Virus record (IMG/VR): IMGVR_UViG_3300044904_000056
Location: 32,001-96,000 of that record
Direction: 5' to 3' (one strand)
From: a virus
Length of the DNA stretch: 64,000 nt
Within the stretch, counting starts at the first letter, position 1. Every line of letters starts with the position of its first letter. The position numbers were made by a program, and so were the translations under genes. A model generated the notes under the pieces. It saw nothing but the letters and a program-made list of their open reading frames with translations. It was not told where the DNA came from and ran no database searches. Of the stretch, positions 25,675 to 34,727 are shown piece by piece.

Positions 25675-26003
25675 AACGTCTCCTAGGGTGATGGTTTCAC
25701 CCGTAGAGAATTCCGTCTCCTACTTCTCCGCGATATGGGGTAACTCGAATTGCTTTCTCTCCCGAGGCTGTTCCCCGCCTACTCCTTCCGCCGTTTCCGA
25801 GCTAAAAAGCTCTACGCGGTAGGACTCTAGGAGAGGCCGTCCGGAACGTCTCCGGGGCCTCGGGCTTTACTTACTTTCGGCTTTGCGTCCTTAATGCCCT
25901 AGCGTTTTTCGCTCCGGTCGGACTATTTTAGGTTAGTCCGTTAGGAGGTTCTCTCCTATGTCCGTGGCCTATCCCCGCTCTGCCTTTTCGGGATACCCTT
26001 TAT

Positions 26004-26078
26004 TTTTCAATGAGCAAAAGCTAGCGTCTAAACTCTAGCTTACAGGAATATCTTCCCCTTTTTAGAGGTAGAAGTAAA
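26004..26078 (-). promoter_or_regulatory. putative promoter with boxB-like hairpin and boxA-like antitermination site
   Basis: TTTACT-17-GAAGAT, then AAGCTAG..CTAGCTT hairpin, then TGCTCATTGAAAA. Confidence 0.5.
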
Positions 26079-26128
26079 GCACTATTTTCCAGTACTTTCG
26101 TTTGAGTTACCCCCTAAAAAGCCTGGGA

Positions 26129-26842
26129 TTATGCAGAATTTCTGTTGGCGTTCCAACAAAAAATAAACCTGTCAAAGTGAGGGTTGAATTTACCCCCCGC
26201 TGCCCCCCGGTCAAATTCTGGTGGGTAAAAAACGTTGTTAAAGCATCTTTTTAGGTATTCAAGCCTACGCATTACATTCTTCACTCCTGCTTTCTTCTCT
26301 CTGGAAAAATGGTATTCCATCACGAGTTTGTTACAACATGGAATCAATTCGTCATCCAACAACCCAAACTCGCTCCCTTCAACATCCATCTTCACCCCAT
26401 CGAATATTCTCCCTGCAAAGAAATTTGCGTGTAAATTCGGAAGCCTCCCAGAAGGGTGTTCAGGCAAATTCCCTTTCACAATTGTTGCCCTGCTGAAATC
26501 TGTTTCTCTCCTCCCTTTGTAAAATTGTAGGGAGGATTTATGGAGATTCGTTATAGCAAATCTACGACAGCAAAATTCAGGAATATTCAAACGGAGGAGT
26601 CGAAAGCATTTTGGGTCAGGTTCATAGCATTCAGCCTTTGCTCCAAGAGAACGACAATATAATGCAAACGCTCCGATGTTTGCACCCAAATCTAACCATA
26701 ATTCACCCTCCTCAACATCAAAGCCAAGTCCCACTCTCCGGTAGCACCTCTTCACTAGACACTCATTTAGAACACTCTCATCACTTGTCCCTGGACGAAA
26801 ATACGCCTCCTCTAAACCAAATTTTCTCTTCTCAATTTTCAT
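26129..26842 (-). CDS. FkbM-family methyltransferase
   Basis: RPGTSD, LDLGANIGAF, YEPD, KMDVEGSE, MEYH. Confidence 0.9.
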   Translation of the reverse strand: MKIEKRKFGLEEAYFRPGTSDESVLNECLVKRCYRRVGLGFDVEEGELWLDLGANIGAFALYCRSLGAKAECYEPDPKCFRLLRLNIPEFCCRRFAITNLHKSSLQFYKGRRETDFSRATIVKGNLPEHPSGRLPNLHANFFAGRIFDGVKMDVEGSEFGLLDDELIPCCNKLVMEYHFSREKKAGVKNVMRRLEYLKRCFNNVFYPPEFDRGAAGGKFNPHFDRFIFCWNANRNSA

Positions 26843-27136
26843 TCAACTTCCCCACTTCTGGAGGAGCTTTCGTATTCTCACTCCCTGAGGACCTAGAAAA
26901 TAAGGCTCTAGGCATTCCAAGAATTCCTTTGCATTTTGGCCATAGAGGCGTACTCTTTCTCGGCAACTTTCTCCTTTTCCAGTTTTACGGTAGCCCCCTC
27001 CAAAATAAGTATGCACTAGTTTTGGAAAAAAGGGTTTCATATTCAATTCCACAAATCCTTTTCGGACGAATGCGCGCGACAGAACTACTCCTGCAAGAAG
27101 TGTTCTCAATTCCAAAGTCATCTTCTCTCTCATCAT
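26843..27136 (-). CDS. degenerate single-motif LAGLIDADG endonuclease-like protein
   Basis: LLAGVVLSRA, YFGGG, G..AKEFLECLEPY pattern. Confidence 0.5.
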   Translation of the reverse strand: MMREKMTLELRTLLAGVVLSRAFVRKGFVELNMKPFFPKLVHTYFGGGYRKTGKGESCRERVRLYGQNAKEFLECLEPYFLGPQGVRIRKLLQKWGS

Positions 27137-28074
27137 CTCCAGTCTCCATAAAGGAATTCCGCTTCATTCTTGTTCTTCTGGAACGTCTTCGCCTTTTCGA
27201 TTATGTCCCAGGACTTTTCGCGCCCAACGGAATTGACATCCTCACCTTCCGGAAATTGAGCGATTTTAACAGCCGGGACTGCTCCTTCAAAAGCCTTCGC
27301 AATCTGGACCGCTACGTGTTTGGTATTATCCTTTTCCTGAGGGCCATCGAGCGCAACAATCAGTTCTCGCAGCCATTTCTGGTATTGCAAGATATAATCC
27401 TTCTGAATCTCAGAAATCGTCTTGCCAAAAATCCCTAACACCAAATCTCTCCGGCTCGACAAGGAAGTAATTGTCATCACATTGATGATAGACTCTACCA
27501 ATACAATCCTTCTCGGCTTTGCTGCGGTTCCAAGCTGGTAGAGTAGCTCAGTCTTTTTCGTAGAGGTTGGATTGCGGAATTTTGGTTCTCTGTTCTTGTA
27601 TCTCCTTGCCTGAAAATACTGGACACTGCCCTCTTCATCCAGAACTGGAAATATGAAATACCCCCAGTACTTTCCTTTCTGGCAATAGCCAACTTGAGCA
27701 GCCTGGATGATTTTCCGATGCAGGCCACGATTCTGCAAATAGATGTACAGGTCATCACTTAGGCGGTCAGGCAGCTCATCTAGGATTTCAAACTCATCAG
27801 GAAGAGATACATCACCAACCGGGGTGCGTTTCAGATTCTCGGGAATGCGGTAGGGAATTCCTTGTTTAGAGAAGAATGCCTGAAGCCTACGCTCCGTTAC
27901 TCCACCTTTTTCATAGTACCAAATACAGCCTGAGTGGAAACAGCAGCCCACCCGCTTCTCTTCGTTGAAGGCAAAACGTCTAGTGGTATCATCACAGGCC
28001 GGACAGTCTGCTACGAAACCTTCCGAGGTGTCGCGAAGATTCTGAAAATGCCCTCGCAGAGTATCGTCGCTCAT
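27133..28074 (-). CDS. DNA primase (Zn finger + TOPRIM)
   Basis: CPAC..CFHSGC, YLQNRG, FPV, LVESIIN, VALD, EDVN. Confidence 0.9.
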   Translation of the reverse strand: MSDDTLRGHFQNLRDTSEGFVADCPACDDTTRRFAFNEEKRVGCCFHSGCIWYYEKGGVTERRLQAFFSKQGIPYRIPENLKRTPVGDVSLPDEFEILDELPDRLSDDLYIYLQNRGLHRKIIQAAQVGYCQKGKYWGYFIFPVLDEEGSVQYFQARRYKNREPKFRNPTSTKKTELLYQLGTAAKPRRIVLVESIINVMTITSLSSRRDLVLGIFGKTISEIQKDYILQYQKWLRELIVALDGPQEKDNTKHVAVQIAKAFEGAVPAVKIAQFPEGEDVNSVGREKSWDIIEKAKTFQKNKNEAEFLYGDWR

Positions 28075-29435
28075 CTCTTCCTTGCCTTCTTCCAATTGTC
28101 CTCAGGCTGATGCTCACTCTCGTTGACGGTGAACCGGTCACGGTCCAATTCTACATTTACCACCCCGCCCATCCCAACATCTCTCGCATACATCAGATAG
28201 ACTCTCGCCTGCTCCGGCTTCTGCTCGGCTTCCTCTTCTGTTTGACAAAAAGCTACTAGGAAGTCAAGAGTGAAAAGTTGAGAGATATCCTCGGCTATAT
28301 CCTCTGCTGACAGCCGTTTCTTTTTCAGACCTGCCCGATTCGTCTGAGTTGCTGTCCAAACAGGAATATCCCGCTCCGTCGCAATTCCCCGGAGGTCAAG
28401 AGCTACTTGGCCTACAGATAGGCGCTGCTCATCAAATTTCTGAGTGGGCCGAAAGACACGGATGTAATCCACGAATAAAACATCAATCTTGTACCCAAAT
28501 TCGGCTTCTACATCATCCAGCCAAAGGGAGATATCTTCAGCCGTCCCTTTTCCTGAAGGCCACTGCTGTATGTGAAGGCCCCCTTTCATCTGCTTATGGG
28601 ACACCTTGAGCCGCCTTCTTGCTTTCTTCAAAACCTTATTCAGCTTAGACCCTGCTTCTGTTGAAAGACTTGCCTTTGTCAATTCACTTGCCGGAATTTG
28701 CGTAATCATCGAGTCGATGCGTTTCCGGTATTTCTCTTTCGAGAGTTCCCCTGTTGCAATCGCTACATTTTTCCCTTTCCAGAGTGCCCCAACTGCAAAT
28801 CTTGCTAGTAGTGTGCTCTTACCAGCTTTGCTCCCTGCCAATATGATTGCAAGCTCCCCCCCACCAGGCCCCCCTCCCATTCTCCTGTCAAGCCGGGGAA
28901 GAAAGTGTGTCCCAACGACATTCCTCCTGTCTTCAGCCCAGCGATGCCTACTCATAGTGTCTCCCCAGTAATCCACCCCAAGATTTTTTGTTGAGTGAAG
29001 ATTTTCAAGGGCCTTCATCCTTCGGAGAACTTTGTCAAAATCTCCCGCGTTGATATCCCGCTCTGAGTCAACCAGTGCCTTCCGGTATTTCTGATCCTTG
29101 GCAAAACGAGTAGCTTTGCTACGGACAACAAATATGTCATCCAGCTTTTCTTCGAACGCACCACGTATCACCCGTTTGTACAGCGGCCATACATCCCGCC
29201 TGCGTTTCCCAAGATAGTCCTTCACCAGCACGGACAGGGAAGCCTTGGAAATTGTAATCAGCCCCCGCTCCTGCCTCTCAACCACTTCCTCTTTCATCAG
29301 ACGGCAGATATCTACGAAGATTGGGTTGGTGAAGTAGGACGGCTCAACTACCGGATGCGCTGCCCTCGGCTCCCTGATGTACCACGCCAACAACAATTTC
29401 TGAAAACTTTCACCCCAAGGATACTCATCAGCCAC
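28071..29435 (-). CDS. dnaB: DnaB-like replicative helicase
   Basis: GELAIILAGSKAGKS, LFVDY, LRGIA..PVWTATQTNR, IAED. Confidence 0.92.
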   Translation of the reverse strand: MADEYPWGESFQKLLLAWYIREPRAAHPVVEPSYFTNPIFVDICRLMKEEVVERQERGLITISKASLSVLVKDYLGKRRRDVWPLYKRVIRGAFEEKLDDIFVVRSKATRFAKDQKYRKALVDSERDINAGDFDKVLRRMKALENLHSTKNLGVDYWGDTMSRHRWAEDRRNVVGTHFLPRLDRRMGGGPGGGELAIILAGSKAGKSTLLARFAVGALWKGKNVAIATGELSKEKYRKRIDSMITQIPASELTKASLSTEAGSKLNKVLKKARRRLKVSHKQMKGGLHIQQWPSGKGTAEDISLWLDDVEAEFGYKIDVLFVDYIRVFRPTQKFDEQRLSVGQVALDLRGIATERDIPVWTATQTNRAGLKKKRLSAEDIAEDISQLFTLDFLVAFCQTEEEAEQKPEQARVYLMYARDVGMGGVVNVELDRDRFTVNESEHQPEDNWKKARKR

Positions 29436-29455
29436 TGGCTATTGTCTCCTGTTAG

Positions 29456-29464
29456 ATAGAACGC
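29456..29464 (-). promoter_or_regulatory. GCGTTCTAT phage promoter-like element
   Basis: Exact 9-mer 21 nt upstream of helicase start. Confidence 0.65.
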
Positions 29465-29474
29465 GGAGTTGGCG

Positions 29475-30149
29475 CTATCGTTCCAACTCAGATTTGATAC
29501 CCCGAATCACGCTGTGCCGGAGCCTCGAATTTTTCCTAAGCTCCCACAAGGCCCTCCGCACGTGTCTCCACTCCCTACTACTGTACAAATAGCCTGCAAT
29601 GAATAGGGGGCTCAAATCCTTGAAGATTGCGAGGAAGACTTGGCTTGATGGAACCCCAAGCTGCCTTTTGGCTTCCATAAATATCCTCGTGGAAGATTTC
29701 GCACTAGCATAGGCATCCTCCTCTGTCCATACATTGAGATACCGCTTCCAGTCCTCCTCCAGCTTGTACAACTGCCTGTCTTTCTTAACCAACCAGGTGT
29801 AGATTTCCAGAGCCTTATCGCTCGCCAGAAATGCCGGATGGGGCATGGTCCTCGAATTCTTGTAGTGGCCATACCGACAAAGCACCTTCACATACAGGCT
29901 TGGGTCTAGCTTCTTTTCAACCAGCTTCGGAGCAAGAAGCATAAATGCTCGCATTGCTCTCCAGCCTACCTTCGTCCTGTAGATATCCCAATCCCAAGTC
30001 CGCTTGTTCTTGTACGACCTGCTACGTTTGCTAACATCCTTCGATTTCGCAATCTTGTTGTACGTCAGCCTCAGAATCCCCATCACCAGCTTTTCACTTC
30101 CTGTCAATTTCCATCTCGGGAATCTCTGTGAAGTCCTTGCCATTCGCAC
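29475..30149 (-). CDS. hypothetical basic protein (possible replication initiator / helicase loader), N-terminal RFPR
   Basis: Between putative origin and DnaB; function inferred from position only. Confidence 0.6.
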   Translation of the reverse strand: MRMARTSQRFPRWKLTGSEKLVMGILRLTYNKIAKSKDVSKRSRSYKNKRTWDWDIYRTKVGWRAMRAFMLLAPKLVEKKLDPSLYVKVLCRYGHYKNSRTMPHPAFLASDKALEIYTWLVKKDRQLYKLEEDWKRYLNVWTEEDAYASAKSSTRIFMEAKRQLGVPSSQVFLAIFKDLSPLFIAGYLYSSREWRHVRRALWELRKNSRLRHSVIRGIKSELER

Positions 30150-30420
30150 CTCTAGGATAAAAATAAATTTTTACTGCTAAAACAGGTATCAAACTAGTAT
30201 CAAACCCCTACAAAACAGGTAAAGCCAATCGAGAGAAACCTACCCTAGCCATATCAAATCCCCTTCAAACCCCCTTCAAGCCCTTTCAAACCCCTCCAAC
30301 TCTAGGTATTTTCCTGCCTATATAGCCGATATCGGCGTAACAGCTACTATAGCGAATAGTAGCGTATATATCAAATAGTAGAGAATAGCAGCGAGCGTAG
30401 CGAGCTGCCTTCACACTGGC
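30150..30420. other. putative replication origin
   Basis: Intergenic; AT-rich tract, ~10-bp iteron-like repeats, palindromes. Confidence 0.5.
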
Positions 30421-30441
30421 ACTGTTGGAATTTTCCTACCT

Positions 30442-30750
30442 TCACTCTTTCGCAATTCTCAACCCAGCAAGATTGATGCGCTGCTGTTCCTTATCATCGA
30501 GCATATTGAAGTCACTTTCAAGCCTTCTCACCTCCCGGAACATAGGAGCAATCCTTCTAATCATCTCTAGCTCGTGCAATTCACCAATGATGGTATTGGC
30601 TATATGGTTGATGACCTCCCCCTCATTCAACAGGATTGTCTGCTTTGTTTCCAAATTAGCAGTGATGAAATTTGCTTCCTTACACTCATCAAAGCACCTT
30701 TCTATCAGACTCTGAAGCTCATAGCTAGTCACTACAGTCTTTGTTGTCAC
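30442..30750 (-). CDS. hypothetical protein
   Basis: GTGA overlap with helicase. Confidence 0.6.
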   Translation of the reverse strand: MTTKTVVTSYELQSLIERCFDECKEANFITANLETKQTILLNEGEVINHIANTIIGELHELEMIRRIAPMFREVRRLESDFNMLDDKEQQRINLAGLRIAKE

Positions 30751-32228
30751 TTTTCCCTCCTGATGATTTTGATGTCTGCCATATCTTCCCTTTCATAGAG
30801 TTTCAGCCTCTTCACTGAATGCCGGAAGAGATATTTGTTGCCTTTGTCGATGAAATCAGTCACAAAAATTTTGTTAGGCCCCTTCTGCTTTGCCCTCAAG
30901 GTCCTCCCAAGCCTCTGGAGCACCAGCTCCATACCCTGACCCCCTGCACAGTTCACCCATGCGGAGATTTCAGGAACATCCATCCCCACGCTGAAAACGT
31001 CACTCACTACTAGAATAGGAACGCGGCCCCGCTTAAAATCGTTGATCATCCTTTCCCGTACAGGCAGAGGTGTTCTCCCGGAAAGGAACTCTGACTTCAA
31101 ATCTGTTGCCTGTTCTAGCTTATGGAGGAGCTTCAGCCCGTGTTTGATACGGACTACTGTAACTAGCACTTTCAAGTCCTTTTCAAGATAGCGGAGGACC
31201 TCTTTCACTGCTGTTCTGTTGCGCTTGCTGTTCCTAACTATCCCTTTCTGGTAGGATTCTGGATAGGTTGAATACTCCTCGCAAGGAACTTCGATGAACC
31301 GGATGTAAGGCTTTGCTGAACGGCCTTTCTCAACTAGCTCCTTGTTCCGAATTTCTGCTAGGACAGGCCCTGTCAGCCCAGTGTAGTGCATCATCTTGAC
31401 TTTGCTCTTCTCATCGATGGTTCCTGAAAGCCCAAAACGCATCGGAGCTTGGCAAAATTTCGTGATGCGGACAGCAGTAGCAGCCTTATTCAGATGGAAT
31501 TCGTCAAAGAACAGGATGTTGCACTTCTCAAGGAATCTCTTGAACTTCCATACGTGAAGGACATTGTTAGCCGTCTGAACTGTTGCAACAATAATCCCCT
31601 TGCTAGGAATCCGCTTCCTGCCTGCCCCTAGCATTGTGACAGGAATATCAAGGTGCTTCCGGAACCTCTCTGCCGTCTGCTTTACAAGGCTTGCCCGGTG
31701 AATAATTAGCAGAACTCTCGGGGCCTTCTTCAACTGCCTATGGTACTCTGCTATGATAGCGCAAGCCATCTCTGTCTTACCTGCGTTGGTAGCGCAGTGC
31801 AGAATCCCCCTACCGTTGAAGAGAGCCTGCCGGACAGCAGACAGTTGTTCCTCCCGGACTTCAACTTCATCCTGGAAATCGAACTTCTTGAAAGTCAGAT
31901 CAAACTTTGGGAGAGGCTTCCGCAGGTCGTGGATTTCAAGTTTCCCCTTATAGTGCTTCTTGACGTACTCGACTAGGCCTGATGCGAAGGTCCCTGACCT
32001 TTTATCATAAAACCGGATGTACTTGGCCTTGTTTTGAATCTCCTCAATTCTCTTCTTTCGCTCCCTCTTGTCAGGGATGCTACTGAACCAGGCGAGCCTC
32101 TTGAGAAGCTGAAAAGCACGCCATTCACCAGACTTATCTAGCACCCGCAAGATATGGTAGAGCTTCCTGCGTTCGTGCTTATCCCCACTGTATGACGTGC
32201 GGGCCTCGCGGATAGTCAGTTCAATCAC
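30747..32228 (-). CDS. superfamily 2 DEAD/DEAH helicase (UvsW-like)
   Basis: REEQ, ATNAGKT, DEFH, GLSGT, GMDVP, QRLGRTLR. Confidence 0.92.
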   Translation of the reverse strand: MIELTIREARTSYSGDKHERRKLYHILRVLDKSGEWRAFQLLKRLAWFSSIPDKRERKKRIEEIQNKAKYIRFYDKRSGTFASGLVEYVKKHYKGKLEIHDLRKPLPKFDLTFKKFDFQDEVEVREEQLSAVRQALFNGRGILHCATNAGKTEMACAIIAEYHRQLKKAPRVLLIIHRASLVKQTAERFRKHLDIPVTMLGAGRKRIPSKGIIVATVQTANNVLHVWKFKRFLEKCNILFFDEFHLNKAATAVRITKFCQAPMRFGLSGTIDEKSKVKMMHYTGLTGPVLAEIRNKELVEKGRSAKPYIRFIEVPCEEYSTYPESYQKGIVRNSKRNRTAVKEVLRYLEKDLKVLVTVVRIKHGLKLLHKLEQATDLKSEFLSGRTPLPVRERMINDFKRGRVPILVVSDVFSVGMDVPEISAWVNCAGGQGMELVLQRLGRTLRAKQKGPNKIFVTDFIDKGNKYLFRHSVKRLKLYEREDMADIKIIRREK

Positions 32229-32733
32229 GGGGTATCTCAGAGTATTTGCCCTTAATCCTCGGAAACCACTTTGACCGGGGGAATCTTACGTGGCCGTGCA
32301 GGAATAGGTCAAGCTGCCTTTTCCATATCTCTTGCTCCTTCAGCCTTTTCTCTTGCAGACCTTCTATGTAGTCCTTCCGGAGAAACCCGCAGGAGCAGTC
32401 TGGAATCCTCTGATATTCATAGCCTTTCCCATAGCCATAGTACACATCTCCAATTCTAAGCCTTGAAGCCCGCCAATGAAGGTATATCCGCTTGATAAGT
32501 CTCTTCCGGGAGCCTTTGCTCTTCAAAGCGTGTTTCTCGCATAGTTCCCGGAGACGTTCTGTTGTCTGCCTCATAGCCCAACTTGGGAGATAATCACCAG
32601 GATTCCAAGAACCATGTTTGTGCCGGTCGTACTTTGGTGCAGGATATTTCTTCCGAAGTTTGATAAACCATCGCACCATCTCCAGTTCATTCTCATCATC
32701 AATTCTTGGGAACCTGGGTTTATTCACTATCAC
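32221..32733 (-). CDS. SAP-domain-like protein with RFPR motifs at both ends
   Basis: TERLRELCEKHALKSKGSRKRLIKRI fits the SAP pattern; KPRFPRI and VRFPRSKWFPRI. Confidence 0.6.
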   Translation of the reverse strand: MIVNKPRFPRIDDENELEMVRWFIKLRKKYPAPKYDRHKHGSWNPGDYLPSWAMRQTTERLRELCEKHALKSKGSRKRLIKRIYLHWRASRLRIGDVYYGYGKGYEYQRIPDCSCGFLRKDYIEGLQEKRLKEQEIWKRQLDLFLHGHVRFPRSKWFPRIKGKYSEIPRD

Positions 32734-32755
32734 CGGGGCCTTTCCTCCTACTCAA

Positions 32756-32764
32756 ATAGAACGC
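32756..32764 (-). promoter_or_regulatory. GCGTTCTAT phage promoter-like element
   Basis: Exact 9-mer 23 nt upstream of the first replication-operon gene, before AGGAGG. Confidence 0.65.
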
Positions 32765-33018
32765 GGGGGTTTGGTTAGGACCAGCAACAAACTCAACTTT
32801 GGCCTACGGCGTGGTTTCCTGCCCACGTGCTTTTGGGCTGTTTTGTCAAGGACACTCATCCCAACAATGGGAAAACGTGGACGTTTCTACTCATTTGAGG
32901 CGGTTTTTGAATCCCCAAGCAGCCTTACCCTACTGGGGGTGGGGGTTGCTAGCAGCAGGCCAGCTTGAAAGTGGGTTTAACCACCAATCTGCGTGGGTGC
33001 TAATCCCAGTCTAACCGT

Positions 33019-34473
33019 TTAGGAGTCTGTATACCACCAACAGGCATTCTCACAAGATAAATCTGCTGGGTCAAGTATCCGGAGGATTGTTGGGTCAGGC
33101 ATACCCGGAGAGAATCCTGCCAGTGCAGCCCCTTTTGTGAGTGTTCCCCCGAGAGAGCCAGTCAGAAGATAGATTCTTGGCTTCCCATCAGTGTTGAGGT
33201 CAAAGTCAATAGCTGCATGTTTCTTCTTTCCAATATAGACAGACCAGAAAGCATCAGTAAACGGAATTGATGTAGCAGCCGTTAATTCCCCATAGGGAAC
33301 TCGCAAGAAGCTTGGGGAGGAACCATAACTAGTAAGTCCCACTATCTGGCTTCTGAGGATAGGACCACTACTCCCCACCTTAGAATACAAAATTGGTCTG
33401 ACATTTGGAGGACTCCCTCCTACCGGAAGCGAAGGAATCACTGCAGCCTTCCCCGCTTTGTTTTGATTACAGATTGCAACTGTAGTAACGGCAGGACTCT
33501 GAATGTTCTCTTGCAACAAGAATGATAGATCAGTTCCCAATATGGCAATAAGAGCATATGTAGTAATGAGGTCAGTGGAGACTCCTATAGAGTCTATTTC
33601 CGAACCAGGCCCGTCCCAGATTGTAAGAAATGGGGAGACAGTTCCTGTTGAGCCCGAGTCGGAGTCATAGCTTGCAAGAAGAGTAGGAACGGAGCCGTGC
33701 GGGGCTAGGGAGTACATCCGATAGAGTCTGTCAGAAGTGATTGGGTCAAACTCCTGTGTAACAAAGTAGATTGCCCCAGTGTCATCAGGCCAAACACTGA
33801 GGATATCAAGAGTGTTCGGGAACTCATAGCTTGTACTTGTAATAACATTTGCAAGAGCAAGGTCTGTTATGTCAAACACCTGCAAAGCTGAATCCAGTAG
33901 TATAGTGGAGGAGAATGGAGCTGTCCCTAGGTGTACACAGCAAAAGCTGATATTTGTGAAACTAGTCTCTGTTTGTTCTACAGCACTTGCAATATATGCA
34001 CCAGAAGGGGAGGGTCTCTTTGCATTCAACCCATTGATGTCGCTAGCCAGATTAACTAACACAGGGTTTGTTACATCAATTCTGTAAATCTTGCTGTCCC
34101 CAAACTGTTGGATATATAAATCCGAAAAATTGCAACCCACTGGAGTGTTGTCGGGGAAAGTACCAAAGACTCGAATTGCTGTTTTCACTGCCCCACTGAA
34201 GAATGGTGGATGTATGATTTCCACCTTTGGTGCATTTGGCGAGATTGGAGCAGCCTTGTAAATCCCCCCGGCTGGCATTACGATGACCTGCTGACCTGGT
34301 ACGCAAGGATAGAGTGTAGTTGCTGTAAGGAGCTGCCCACCAACCATGATAGCAGCTGTCCCATCAGAATTCACTAAGCTGACTACGCCTAGACGGTTTC
34401 CACTTGAACCCCCAACAGTCTTCTGATATTCCTGGCGGACTAGGTTGCGGATTGCACTTTTGAGGTCACTCAC
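33019..34473 (-). CDS. putative tail tip / receptor-binding protein
   Basis: Last gene of tail module; N-terminal OB-like module, beta-rich body. Confidence 0.6.
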   Translation of the reverse strand: MSDLKSAIRNLVRQEYQKTVGGSSGNRLGVVSLVNSDGTAAIMVGGQLLTATTLYPCVPGQQVIVMPAGGIYKAAPISPNAPKVEIIHPPFFSGAVKTAIRVFGTFPDNTPVGCNFSDLYIQQFGDSKIYRIDVTNPVLVNLASDINGLNAKRPSPSGAYIASAVEQTETSFTNISFCCVHLGTAPFSSTILLDSALQVFDITDLALANVITSTSYEFPNTLDILSVWPDDTGAIYFVTQEFDPITSDRLYRMYSLAPHGSVPTLLASYDSDSGSTGTVSPFLTIWDGPGSEIDSIGVSTDLITTYALIAILGTDLSFLLQENIQSPAVTTVAICNQNKAGKAAVIPSLPVGGSPPNVRPILYSKVGSSGPILRSQIVGLTSYGSSPSFLRVPYGELTAATSIPFTDAFWSVYIGKKKHAAIDFDLNTDGKPRIYLLTGSLGGTLTKGAALAGFSPGMPDPTILRILDPADLSCENACWWYTDS

Positions 34474-34721
34474 AGAGCAACCCGGATTCCCTCTTGAGAG
34501 GTTACAACGATGACCTGCTCCCCTATTGTCCGGACGATTGGAGTTCCAACACTCTGATAGGACCCACTAGGCGTCTCTACGTTCACTGTCCCATCAGCAT
34601 TGACGGCAGATACGATTCCCTGAACATTGTTCTGTTGGCTTAGGGAGGACGATTGGATTGCTGCAATCTCCTGCCGGATTAAGGTCCGGATTGCTTCCTT
34701 GATAGGATGACCGTCTGGCAT
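34470..34721 (-). CDS. small tail protein, paralog of the N-terminus of 33019-34473
   Basis: IKEAIRTLIRQE..GIVSAVNADGT..GEQVIV vs LKSAIRNLVRQE..GVVSLVNSDGT..GQQVIV. Confidence 0.65.
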   Translation of the reverse strand: MPDGHPIKEAIRTLIRQEIAAIQSSSLSQQNNVQGIVSAVNADGTVNVETPSGSYQSVGTPIVRTIGEQVIVVTSQEGIRVAL

Positions 34722-34727
34722 ATGCCC

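Noticed and set aside
26611-27438. 275-aa plus-strand ORF
   Set aside because: Overlaps three recognisable minus-strand genes; no motifs.
32750-32900. KRPRFPI reading in the intergenic region as another tagged ORF
   Set aside because: An in-frame TAG directly precedes it and no start codon covers the motif.
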